NCBI RefSeq assembly: GCF_014385105.1
Contig: NZ_JACRTE010000003.1
Span: 112,358 to 176,357, forward strand
Length of the DNA: 64,000 bases
Reading direction: 5' to 3'
Source of the DNA: Qingrenia yutianensis
Lineage (GTDB): Bacteria > Bacillota > Clostridia > UMGS1810
This document shows, piece after piece, positions 38,401 to 46,788 of this stretch. A program made the translations under genes and the position numbers. The notes below the pieces were generated by a model that had not been told where the DNA came from, did not search any database, and worked only from the letters and a program-made list of their open reading frames with translations. Position 1 is the stretch's first letter; each line of letters opens with the position of its first letter.

Positions 38401-41130
38401 ACAACGACCGCGGATAACTTTAAGCCCGGCGACTATACCTTTGAGGCATTTGTTTATGGAATAGACGGAGACGGACACAACTATCGGATGAAATCCGAGC
38501 CATTCACTGTTCGGTTTGAGAAAGAGTCCACCGACACCGCAATTCGCATAAACGGCGAAACCGTATACGATCCGGCAAAGGCTAACTCTTTTTGTATTCC
38601 ATACACCGTGCCGGCAGGAGTGAGCAATTTGGACTTTGAACAGATTACGTGGCCTGCCGACGCAACTATTGATGTGAACAGAAATAACCGATTTGAGTGG
38701 TATTCAAAGGATCCGGACATTATTCAGATCGACAGCAAAACCGGAAAAGCCGAGGTTTTGCGCCCGGGAACAACTGAGGTTGGTTTTCATATTTATGAGC
38801 CGGACGGCATTGTTTTGGGTGGCACGCAGCTTCGGATTGATGTGCCGATTGCCGGTTTTGAAATAGAGCCAATAGACTACGCCGCTCATATTGGAGAGTC
38901 TTACATAAACCTGAAACCGAAGGTTAAGGCGGTTTGGGCTGCCAGCGGTTTGCGAATCACCGAAAATACGGATCAATATTTGGATTTCGACATCAGAAGC
39001 TGGTCCACCAGCGCTATGTCCGGTGCGGATATCAACAAAATTCAGTATAACGATTATCTGAGGTTTAATTATCGGGTGTTCACCAAGAACGGCTATTTCT
39101 TACCGTTGCAAAGAGACAGTGAATATGGCGGCTATGTTTACTACTGCGTGAACGCAGATGCCTTGGAAATTAAAGGCTTTACGGGTGATGACAAGGTATA
39201 CAAGGCAAAAGAGATTGGTGCATATGCCGCCTATCAGGGGGGCAGCGAGAATTATTGGGCGCGAACGTTTTGTTATAAGGAAACCGGCGTTTATGCCTTT
39301 GAAGAGGGCGATCCCGCTATTTCAAAGCTGTGCATCCCGACAACCGTATTTGTCAAAGATCCCAATACCACATATCTGGAAACAGTGAATATCACAACTC
39401 GTGAGCCGGTTAAAAACGATTATCGCTATGAGGGCGATGACTGGAAAAATGGATACTACACCACCTATCTAAACGGAAACATAAGCTCTCTCAGGGGGGT
39501 TACCGATGTAAACGGTGAAGAGCTCTGGGGATATTCAAGCAGGGTTTCTAAGCTCACGGAGCCGCCCAAAGGCAGCGGCAATCCCTATGAAGATGCAAAA
39601 GGCGAGAGTTCTCTGGAATGGTGGAACGGCGTGATAGAGCCGGTTTATGATGATAAACAAAAGCCCACTGCACGCTATACCGACGGCACTTATTTCAACG
39701 ATGTTACTATGGAGCTTGCGTGGAAGGATACTGCAGCCGGGCAGAAGTTCGCCGTTGACCCCAACGCCACCATTTATGTGAACGGTCATGCTATGAACAA
39801 CGTCACTATCTACTATGATTTTCAGTTTGACGAAAGTTTGCACACGGCTATTTATTTCAAGTATTATTTTGACGTGGGAAGCACTGAGTCATACACCTCT
39901 GCCACTGTGAAGGGAATCTGCGATCCCCGAATCGGCGAAATGCCCACTCTTGTGGAGGAAACTTATGTGGAAGAGTCAGAAGAACTGTATGTTTCCAAGC
40001 TTATCTGGTTTGTGGATAAAAACGGCAACCAAAAATATGATTCCGGTGAGGAGTGCCGCATTCGATACGACAGTGAGGGAAATTATGATTCTGCCAACAG
40101 CGATTTGACTGCAAACGGCACCTTCCGTGCAGACAGAAAATACAGCGTGTTTGTGGAGGTATCCTCCGAAGGAGGACGCATTGCAAACGGCGGTATATTC
40201 CAGCTGTATATGACTTTGGATAACGGTGCGAACGCTTTGCTCTCCGTTGACAACTCCACCGGCGGTGCATACCACTATAATAAAAGCACAAACTTAGTCG
40301 GACGTTTTGACGCAACATTTATAAAGGACGACCCGATGGCATTTTATCGGTTCAACGAGTATCCCGGTTATGACGCAGACGGTTTCGCGTCTTCATCATA
40401 CTGGGTTAAGGATGTGGAGACGGGGGAAAGTATGTTTGGTAAATCGCTGTTGCCCGGAAAGAAATATGAGTTTGATGTGATTTATGTTTCCTCCGATTCA
40501 TGCCGGTTTGCAGATGACTTCACAGTTACTGTGGATGGCGCTCAGCTCACCGACGGTGTGACCTTAGAGGCGGACAGAACTCGTGTTAGAATTCAGTATT
40601 CCTTCACTCTGAATTCCAATGGAACGAAGGTTATCGGAAAGACGGTAAGTTATAACCCAAATAATCCGCCGATTGTTGAATTAAGACAGAATGGAGTCAA
40701 AATTTATGATGCGGTTCTTGACGGCGGCAAGGCGGTCGGTGATAAAATAACGCACGAATTCACCTTTGACACGGTAAATGCCGGCAAATATGACCTTGTT
40801 GTCATAAAAAGCGGACATTTGTTATACACTGTAAGAGGTATAGAGGTGAGCAACAGTGACATAGACCTAAAGACTCACGCAAACGAAAAAATCAGCACAA
40901 TCACGCTGTTGGCGGGTGATGTGAACGGCGATGGAAAAATAAACAATCTCGACTATGCTGTTGTGCTGAATCCCTTAAACTTTAATAAGGGATATAATTC
41001 TCCGAGTGATGTGAAAGATATATCGGCAGATATTAACGGAGATAAAAAAATTAACAATTTGGATTATGCTATTATTCTTAATCCGATACATTTTAATAAG
41101 TCTTGTGATGTGTGTACATTAACGTACTAA
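35470..41130 (+). CDS. giant (≈1886 aa) secreted protein with N-terminal Pro/Glu-rich linker and C-terminal dockerin-like tandem Ca-binding repeats
   Basis: AAGGAGGA ribosome-binding site 8 nt before ATG 35470. Signal peptide 'LVTARILAFVTAVAMLSGIGIAAS'. PE-rich region. C-terminus 'GDVNGDGKINNLDYAVVLNP...ADINGDKKINNLDYAIILNP' matches the dockerin duplicated EF-hand-like segment. Confidence 0.75.
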   Translation: MKRLRKKLVTARILAFVTAVAMLSGIGIAASEGNSADSIDASENTVISETAQAPESPTAAEPPELPTAAEPPEQTAEAETTEAPEVPTESDVPEFPKVSDMPEAMEMPEFPEEDETPDVSGNIVEFGSLNQEEAQTPMMASMGANSGDMALAADDYSQWINIGNHKAPDGTNYKADSKFWYEGMVLCLESESADAKIRLQSDISVEENFFENEKNNWIVDVNVKRNKVIDLNGKTIYIKPYQYDKDNTFFYGKNFSTGIAKHYTMFNIGNGSKLTIVDSKGGGKIRCDSWLLSEKDMDDAETSCVDMFNVSSGGELFINASGAEFVCGRSKKQYLYAASCNGPDNEYCYDGYARGQVNGSVVVAGENSKVTVVGGSLLARGYSLTPSTGWKPSGGAESVKKCAVFQVAKGAEINITDGYFKGCGGADVFQYWYSDKDKISVNIKAGTFDTHKVDKVVIQGHLSSTTDIPNAFKGLSRDNYMPGRYGDVNILKEWVNMDEADLIYGGEELTEEDGDATGSKKTVIKPKTQSKYFNSDSRVEIENHTSDGSKEYNPNENIPYYVSAKYTPYYSLKEEEWLAYDYQNRTDRTIKWYYTLYKSLGDSPLSAELESTAPICNLNDLRTNKGDKITYQNGQMYQLKMRVEEKWVGHNTYTRSFAGTYMFYVSDAPVGEVTKFMNFEVKTTVTGTGEPQNFESFPDAATISKLQEMGIKDDTESSYDYRYYYLDEFGKTVYTKWIDYGSGKPPEARWAFAPLKPGPIDLRLGLLIPGNGGEGSYTKIYKTVFAMPSISVWREGSGDTEFVTPDRNDVVYAITGMNVTLNPGLEFLNELDLKDPQTGKKLTVADVEWEFRELSGTGYVPLDVDVDNNGCCSVDRSGTYRAKFTYDGRTWYSPNPILLSGKNYDNNRMPYITGKNSHTSWSDPHVLQINLNKDANWYTVTEYWLKAKSHPYGASIGSSQKKCDSNGSLDIKKFFSGTTTADNFKPGDYTFEAFVYGIDGDGHNYRMKSEPFTVRFEKESTDTAIRINGETVYDPAKANSFCIPYTVPAGVSNLDFEQITWPADATIDVNRNNRFEWYSKDPDIIQIDSKTGKAEVLRPGTTEVGFHIYEPDGIVLGGTQLRIDVPIAGFEIEPIDYAAHIGESYINLKPKVKAVWAASGLRITENTDQYLDFDIRSWSTSAMSGADINKIQYNDYLRFNYRVFTKNGYFLPLQRDSEYGGYVYYCVNADALEIKGFTGDDKVYKAKEIGAYAAYQGGSENYWARTFCYKETGVYAFEEGDPAISKLCIPTTVFVKDPNTTYLETVNITTREPVKNDYRYEGDDWKNGYYTTYLNGNISSLRGVTDVNGEELWGYSSRVSKLTEPPKGSGNPYEDAKGESSLEWWNGVIEPVYDDKQKPTARYTDGTYFNDVTMELAWKDTAAGQKFAVDPNATIYVNGHAMNNVTIYYDFQFDESLHTAIYFKYYFDVGSTESYTSATVKGICDPRIGEMPTLVEETYVEESEELYVSKLIWFVDKNGNQKYDSGEECRIRYDSEGNYDSANSDLTANGTFRADRKYSVFVEVSSEGGRIANGGIFQLYMTLDNGANALLSVDNSTGGAYHYNKSTNLVGRFDATFIKDDPMAFYRFNEYPGYDADGFASSSYWVKDVETGESMFGKSLLPGKKYEFDVIYVSSDSCRFADDFTVTVDGAQLTDGVTLEADRTRVRIQYSFTLNSNGTKVIGKTVSYNPNNPPIVELRQNGVKIYDAVLDGGKAVGDKITHEFTFDTVNAGKYDLVVIKSGHLLYTVRGIEVSNSDIDLKTHANEKISTITLLAGDVNGDGKINNLDYAVVLNPLNFNKGYNSPSDVKDISADINGDKKINNLDYAIILNPIHFNKSCDVCTLTY
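35636..35689 (+). repeat. 27-nt tandem direct repeat (x2) encoding PTAAEPPEL/PTAAEPPEQ
   Basis: ccgactgcggcggaaccgcctgaac occurs twice back to back inside the linker-coding region. Confidence 0.6.
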
Positions 41131-41144
41131 AAAGGAGGATGAAT

Positions 41145-44100
41145 ATGAAAACATCAAAACAATTAATTTCAGTTTTATTGACATTGGTCATGGTTCTCGG
41201 CATGATTTCCTCGGCGGCATTTGCTGCCGGCGGAGATTATTCAACCAGAATGGTTGTGGAAAAGGTTTCTAATTCCAATATAGATATTAAATGGATGGCA
41301 CAAACCAAAAACGGAGCCGTTATGAAAACTGTTTCTGCCATCATATTTAAGTATGACAATACGAAATATGATATGCTGACAAATGACGGTGAGGTTATAA
41401 CAACAAAAACCATGAGCGACAATCTATTTGGCGAATATACAGATGCATCTTATGCTCAAAGGGTAGCTGTGATAGATTCTCCCGGTCTTTGGAACAACAG
41501 CGGAATCTATACGGAAGCAAAAGGGAATTGGACATTTGTTCTTATCAATCTTTTATCGGGCAGTTCAATGGCAAAAAAAGAATACACAACGGAAACCGCT
41601 CTCGCAGTTGTTCACTTGAAGCTTAAGAGCGGTTCGGTTGATAGCGGAATTTCACAAGACAGTATTGCATTGGCAACGGCAGCCGAAGCAGATGGCTGTG
41701 CTCAGTCGGGTATAGTTGTATTTATAGGTGCAGACAATAAGCCCCTTATCTACGGGAAGACTGATGGCACACCGGACACACTTTCTATAACACCCTCAAT
41801 TGATGCGGGAACCGGCATAACCTTTATTGCTCCTCCCAAACCTTCTCCAACTATCACAACAGCTCCAACAGCAACCGTAACTTATGGCGACACAGTAAGC
41901 GACAGTGCGTTAACGGGCGGAGTGGCTTCCGTTGCAGGAACATTCAAATGGGCAGATGGTGTAACAACCTACGGCAACGCAGGCACAAAAACGCTTAAAG
42001 CAAAGTTTGTTCCCACAGATACGGCAAATTATGCAACGGTTGAAGATATTGATGTTAATGTTAAGGTAAACAAGGCGTCGGCGCCTGCTGCTCCCACAGG
42101 TTTAAAGGGTATAAAAGGACAGACTTTGTCCACAGTTTCCCTCCCGGGCGGCTGGACTTGGGCTGACGGCACGACAGTTATGAACACTGCCGGAACGCAG
42201 ACCTTTAAGGCAAATTACACAGATACAACCGGTAATTATGAAAATGCGACAAATGTTGATGTTTCGGTCAATGTAACTGCAAAATCGACCGCAGCTTTGA
42301 CGGGGCTTACGCAAAGCGGCTGCACCTACGGTGAAACGCTTTCTGCACCGAGCTACACAAAGCCCGCCGGCACGATTGATTCCACAATAAAAGTTACCTA
42401 TATGGGCAAAGGCGGCACAACCTATGCGGAATCCGCAGCAAAACCCGTAAAATCAGGGACTTACACCGTAAAGTTAACGCTTGAAACGGCGGATACAATT
42501 TACAGCGGAACTGCGGACTTCACAATCGCACAAAAAGATGTTACCATACGCGGCTTTAAGGTGCCGAACAGCGCTTATAACGGCGATACGAAAACATCTT
42601 TTAATGCAGCCGCCGCAGAAATCGTCGGCAAGATAACGGGCGATGATGTAACCGTTGACACCACCGCCGCAGAGGCAAACTTTGCACAAAAGGATGTCGG
42701 CAATGATATTTCCGTTAATTTCACAGGCGTGAAGCTTGCAGGCGCAGATAAGGACAATTACAGAATTAACAGCGTTGAGCCTGCAAAGGCAAACATCTAT
42801 CAAAGAACTCTTACGGTTAAACCGGACAGCGGCTTGAGCAAAAAATACGGCGAGGCAGACCCCGCATTGAGCAGCACTGTAAGCGGAACTATTTACGGTG
42901 AGATGTACATAATTGACGGCAAGCTGGAAAGAGAAGCAGGCGAAAATGTCGGCAATTATAAAATTCTCCTCGGCACGCTGGCTCTTAAAGACAACGGAGC
43001 CTTCAAAGCATCAAACTATATACTGAGCCTTGATACGACCGCAGTATACTTTGAGATCAAAAAAGCTCCTGCTCCGTCCGCTCCCACAGGGTTAAGCGGT
43101 ATGAAGGGTAAAACGCTTGCAACCGTTCCTCTTACAGGCGGCTGGGCTTGGGCTGACGGCACGACAGTTATGAACACTGCCGGAACGCAGTCCTTTAAGG
43201 CAAATTACACAGATACAACAGGCAATTATGAAAATGCGACAAATGTTGATGTAACAGTAGAAGTTATTGATAAAACGAATGTCAGCGCAAGCATCACCTT
43301 CGCTGACGGCGAGCTGACATATAACGGCGCAGGGCAGGCTTATGAAACCGCAAGCATTTCCGGCATTACGGCAGGCGCTAACCCCGGCTGGACTTATGTT
43401 TACGCACCCTCCGGCACAGGCTCGCTCGATGCTTCGGGCAAGCCGCAGAACGCAGGCACATACACCGTAACGGCAACCTATGAGGATGATGACAATTACG
43501 GTACAAAGAGCGCCGTGCTTAAAATCAAAAAGGCTGTTCCGACGGGAACTCCGAAGTATACGGAAATAACTTCTTCGGACAAAACTCTTGCAGACGCAGC
43601 TATAACGACAACAGGCGCAGACTTCACTGCTTTGGGTACAGTTATCTGGGTGGCTGACGACGGCGTAACACCGCTTCCGGACACAACTGTGGTTGCGGCA
43701 AACACCTATTACAAATGGCTGTTCACACCGACCGACACAAACAATTACGAAACACTGACAGGAACAATTCGCCTTTATTACAAATCATCGGGCGGAGGCG
43801 GCGGACGAAGCACTTCACGCTACACCGTATCGTTTGAATCGAACGGCGGCAGCAAGGTTTCAAATCAGACCGTTACAAGAAACAGCGTTATGAAAGAGCC
43901 GACAGCGCCGACAAAAGAAAACTTTGATTTTGACGGTTGGTACTCGGATAAGAAACTCAAAACCAAGTACGATTTTTCCGCAAAGGTAACAAAGAGCTTC
44001 ACACTCTATGCAAAATGGACGGAAAAGGATAATTCGGTAAATCAGATTATCTTAACAATCGGCAAAAAGGACACACAGGTATTCGGCAAGGCGAAATCAA

Positions 44101-44453
44101 ATGATGTTGCTCCGAAAATCGTAAACAACCGTACAATGCTTCCGGCAAGGTTTGTTGCCGAAAACCTCGGTGCTGATGTTTCGTGGGACGGCGATAAAGA
44201 ACTTGTGACGATTAAAGGGAAAAATCTTAAAACAGGTGAGGATGTAACTATACTTATTACCATCGGCGCTGCAACAGCAAAGGTAAACGGCAAGGAAATC
44301 AAGCTTGATTCTGCCGCATTTGTTGAGAATGACCGCACCTACACACCAATTCGCTTTATATCCGAGGAACTCGGCGCAAGTGTTGAATGGGTTGAAAAGG
44401 ATAAGAAGGTAATTATCACAAAGCCCGAAATCAAAAAGGCTGAAACAAAGTAA
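41145..44453 (+). CDS. cell-surface protein with MBG-like domains, a Listeria-Bacteroides repeat and two C-terminal copper-amine-oxidase-N-like stalk domains
   Basis: Signal peptide 'LISVLLTLVMVLGMISSAAFA'. 'NYRINSVEPAKANI', 'GNYKILLGTLAL...ASNYILS' MBG-type blocks. 'YTVSFESNGGSKVSNQTV...FDFDGWYSDKKL...FTLYAKW' Listeria-Bacteroides repeat. 'RTMLPARFVAENLGADVSW' and 'RTYTPIRFISEELGASVEW'. Confidence 0.7.
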   Translation: MKTSKQLISVLLTLVMVLGMISSAAFAAGGDYSTRMVVEKVSNSNIDIKWMAQTKNGAVMKTVSAIIFKYDNTKYDMLTNDGEVITTKTMSDNLFGEYTDASYAQRVAVIDSPGLWNNSGIYTEAKGNWTFVLINLLSGSSMAKKEYTTETALAVVHLKLKSGSVDSGISQDSIALATAAEADGCAQSGIVVFIGADNKPLIYGKTDGTPDTLSITPSIDAGTGITFIAPPKPSPTITTAPTATVTYGDTVSDSALTGGVASVAGTFKWADGVTTYGNAGTKTLKAKFVPTDTANYATVEDIDVNVKVNKASAPAAPTGLKGIKGQTLSTVSLPGGWTWADGTTVMNTAGTQTFKANYTDTTGNYENATNVDVSVNVTAKSTAALTGLTQSGCTYGETLSAPSYTKPAGTIDSTIKVTYMGKGGTTYAESAAKPVKSGTYTVKLTLETADTIYSGTADFTIAQKDVTIRGFKVPNSAYNGDTKTSFNAAAAEIVGKITGDDVTVDTTAAEANFAQKDVGNDISVNFTGVKLAGADKDNYRINSVEPAKANIYQRTLTVKPDSGLSKKYGEADPALSSTVSGTIYGEMYIIDGKLEREAGENVGNYKILLGTLALKDNGAFKASNYILSLDTTAVYFEIKKAPAPSAPTGLSGMKGKTLATVPLTGGWAWADGTTVMNTAGTQSFKANYTDTTGNYENATNVDVTVEVIDKTNVSASITFADGELTYNGAGQAYETASISGITAGANPGWTYVYAPSGTGSLDASGKPQNAGTYTVTATYEDDDNYGTKSAVLKIKKAVPTGTPKYTEITSSDKTLADAAITTTGADFTALGTVIWVADDGVTPLPDTTVVAANTYYKWLFTPTDTNNYETLTGTIRLYYKSSGGGGGRSTSRYTVSFESNGGSKVSNQTVTRNSVMKEPTAPTKENFDFDGWYSDKKLKTKYDFSAKVTKSFTLYAKWTEKDNSVNQIILTIGKKDTQVFGKAKSNDVAPKIVNNRTMLPARFVAENLGADVSWDGDKELVTIKGKNLKTGEDVTILITIGAATAKVNGKEIKLDSAAFVENDRTYTPIRFISEELGASVEWVEKDKKVIITKPEIKKAETK
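42064..42290 (+). repeat. intragenic repeat copy 1 (~230 nt; shared near-identical core of ~90 nt)
   Basis: Encodes 'KASAPAAPTGLKGIKGQTLSTVSLPGGWTWADGTTVMNTAGTQTFKANYTDTTGNYENATNVDVSV'. The core 'tgggctgacggcacgacagttatgaacactgccggaacgcag...cctttaaggcaaattacacagatacaac' is identical in copy 2. Confidence 0.7.
43066..43272 (+). repeat. intragenic repeat copy 2 (~1.0 kb downstream of copy 1)
   Basis: Encodes 'KAPAPSAPTGLSGMKGKTLATVPLTGGWAWADGTTVMNTAGTQSFKANYTDTTGNYENATNVDVTV'. Confidence 0.7.
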
Positions 44454-44498
44454 CACTAAATAAAGCTTTCCGAACAGGAAATTGGTGACGGCATAGCA

Positions 44499-44548
44499 GG
44501 CCGCCCGGTATAGAGGCAAAACGCCTTTATTGCCGGGCGGCTTTTTTG
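44499..44548 (+). terminator. Rho-independent terminator closing the long plus-strand gene block
   Basis: ggccgcccgg ... ccgggcggc stem with a structured loop, followed by tttttt at 44542–44547. Confidence 0.6.
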
Positions 44549-45238
44549 TGCCTTTTTATATGATATTACAAAGCAAAGGAAGCGAAAGCGATTACCTCAT
44601 AAATAAAAAATTGCCCTGCATAGGACAAAATTATGCTTTTTGTCGGATATGCCCTGCGGCACGGAGGACACTTTATGAAGCCAGTGCAAAGCTCAAAAAG
44701 CATAAGCCTAAAGGACATCACCGCAAATCTTCGGGAAAACATCACAGAAAACCACCACCGTATCATAGCCGTGCTCCGCCTCTCTCTTTTGTGCAAATTC
44801 AACAAAATTTACACAAAAGGGTGAAATTATGAAATTATTTTTTGAAAGTTACAATGGGCTTGTGACATTAGGTACTACAATGAATTTCGGAAGGAGGTGT
44901 AACGGCTGTGACGGGTACGGCTATTTAATAGCATAATCAAAGGGATTGATATAATTCGATAACCTTGTTATCTGTATATCAGTCCTTTTGCTTATATTAT
45001 TAAGTTTTAGGGGGTGCCTTATGATAGAAAAAAATGATTTTATAACAATTAAAGAATCTAAATTGGGAAAGGAATCATCTTTTACAAAAATAAAGGTCAA
45101 GGGCGGTTGTGTAATAAATGTGAAAAGCAAATTTAATAATACAGTAGATTTGATTGAAGCACTAAAACAGGGAGTTTTTTTATCAATACAATCTGAACAG
45201 TAATTTTTTGCGTTAATCGCTACAATAATGTATAATAG

Positions 45239-45497
45239 TTATTGAACAGGAGTTTAAGATGCGGTACATATTCAAATCACGGGAAAAATGTATGCACTTC
45301 TCATAATATCCGTGAAGAGGTTCTTGAAGCCATTGTGTTAAATGAATAAGTTTTTAGCTCGTGAGTTAATTGAGCCGATAACTGTTTCCGCATATTATAA
45401 GGTTGACGGCGAAACAACGCAAGATGTAGACATAAACTATAAATTTGTGGGAAATCTAAAAAATTCAGAAATAAATTTTTTGAAGCAGGCTATGTGA
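45239..45497 (+). pseudogene. 3'-terminal remnant of a large serine recombinase gene (zinc-ribbon + C-terminal region), interrupted by stop/frameshift
   Basis: Frame 1 reads 'LRCGTYSNHGKNVCTSHNIREEVLEAIVLNE*', the recombinase zinc beta-ribbon pattern C..Y.....G...C..H.I.E..LE..VL. A shifted frame continues 'LARELIEPITVSAYYKVDGETTQDVDINYKFVG...', the typical C-terminal region. No catalytic N-terminal domain is present. Confidence 0.5.
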
Positions 45498-45550
45498 TAG
45501 CCGTAATATTGCGGCAAAGAAACAACCGCTTTATTATGGCTGTTTTAGGG

Positions 45551-45584
45551 CAAAAAAATTATGGTCATTATCAAAAATGACCAT
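45551..45584 (-). terminator. Rho-independent terminator of the minus-strand tRNA-Ser pair
   Basis: Hairpin atggtcatt/aatgaccat at 45561–45584, followed on the minus strand by a T-run (plus-strand aaaaaaa 45552–45558). Confidence 0.6.
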
Positions 45585-45591
45585 AAAATTG

Positions 45592-45682
45592 TGGCGGAGA
45601 AGGAGAGATTTGAACTCTCGCGCCGGTTGCCCGACCTACACCCTTAGCAGGGGCGCCTCTTCGACCTCTTGAGTACTTCTCC
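45592..45682 (-). tRNA. tRNA-Ser (anticodon GCT), 91 nt with long variable arm
   Basis: The reverse complement folds with acceptor GGAGAAG/CTTCTCC + GCCA, anticodon stem CGCCC/GGGTG and loop CTGCTAA (GCT). Confidence 0.88.
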
Positions 45683-45730
45683 AAAAAGTTTGCTGAAAAT
45701 AAAATATTTAATTCACATTGCAAAACAAAG

Positions 45731-45818
45731 TGGCGGAGAGGCAGAGATTCGAACTCTGGGTGCTGAAAGCATCACTAGTTTTCAAGACTAGCTCCTTAAA
45801 CCACTCGGACACCTCTCC
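45731..45818 (-). tRNA. tRNA-Ser (anticodon TGA), 88 nt with long variable arm
   Basis: The reverse complement folds with acceptor GGAGAGG/CCTCTCC + GCCA, anticodon stem CTAGT/ACTAG and loop CTTGAAA (TGA), and a T-loop GTTCGAATC. Confidence 0.88.
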
Positions 45819-45914
45819 GTGCAGTTTTGCAACGTAAACTATTATACCAGTTAACGCGCGATATGTCAAGTGTTTTTTGAAAATTTATCCCGTCTTTTTC
45901 CAAAAATGAGGAAG

Positions 45915-46763
45915 TTAATATTTTTTGCTCAAGAGCGCTCTTTCGGTATCTTCAATAGCTTTAAGCGCCAAATCGTCCTTTTGGCACACGAGATAAAGGT
46001 AAAGCGCGTCGATAATCGCAAGCTGTGCAATACGCGAATTAAGTCCCAAAATCGAGTGGCGCGTTTCATTTGACGCGGTGAAAAGCACAATGTCGCTTTG
46101 CTTTAAAATAGGCGATTTTCCCTCGTTTGTAAGGCAAATTGTGGTTGCGCCGTTGTCGCGCGCAATTTTAAGCGCCTCCACGACGTCTTTCGAGGAACCG
46201 GAGTGCGAAACGCCGATTGCAACGTCGCCTTTTTTGAGGTGCGACGCGTTTATCGCCTGCATATGGTTGTCGCTGTACGCAAATGCGTTGCACCCCGCGC
46301 GCAGAAATTTATGCTGTGCGTCGATTGCCACCGCGGCGGAATTTCCCAGTCCGTATATAGACACGATTTCCGCGTTTGCAATGGCGTTTGCAGCCTTTTC
46401 GATTTCCTCTTTTTTCAGCGCGCCTTTTGTTTTTTCAAGCGAGCAGTAAATGTCGTTTGACACCTTTTCAAAAATTTCAAAACAGCTGTCGCCTTTTTTC
46501 ACGGTGTCGTCAACGTTCTTTTTGCCCTCGTCGCGCGCGATTGAAATTTTAAGTTCCTGGTATCCGCTGCAGCCGAGCCGGCGCGCAAAACGCACGATTG
46601 TCGCCTCGGAACAGTTACATTCCTCCGCAAGCTCGCAAATGGAGAGCGGAATTAAATCGCCCGGGTGCGACAAAATCCAGTCGGCGATTTTTTTCTCGGC
46701 ACGGCCCATTTTATCATATAAAACTTTCACTTGCAGAAGTGTTCTGTTCATAATTTCCCCCAA
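45915..46763 (-). CDS. MurR/RpiR family transcriptional regulator (HTH + SIS domain)
   Basis: N-terminal HTH_6 'MGRAEKKIADWILSHPGDL...SICELAEECNCSEATIVRFAR' and a C-terminal SIS sugar-isomerase domain. Confidence 0.8.
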   Translation of the reverse strand: MGEIMNRTLLQVKVLYDKMGRAEKKIADWILSHPGDLIPLSICELAEECNCSEATIVRFARRLGCSGYQELKISIARDEGKKNVDDTVKKGDSCFEIFEKVSNDIYCSLEKTKGALKKEEIEKAANAIANAEIVSIYGLGNSAAVAIDAQHKFLRAGCNAFAYSDNHMQAINASHLKKGDVAIGVSHSGSSKDVVEALKIARDNGATTICLTNEGKSPILKQSDIVLFTASNETRHSILGLNSRIAQLAIIDALYLYLVCQKDDLALKAIEDTERALLSKKY

Positions 46764-46788
46764 AAAATTTTATTTAAGCCATAAAATT

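Noticed and set aside
44530-44832. 100-aa ORF 'MPGGFF…HHRKSSGKHHRK' just after the terminator
   Set aside because: It starts inside the terminator hairpin and has an extremely biased, basic low-complexity composition. It is more likely non-coding remnant DNA than a gene. The 71-aa ORF 44988..45203 is likewise unsupported.
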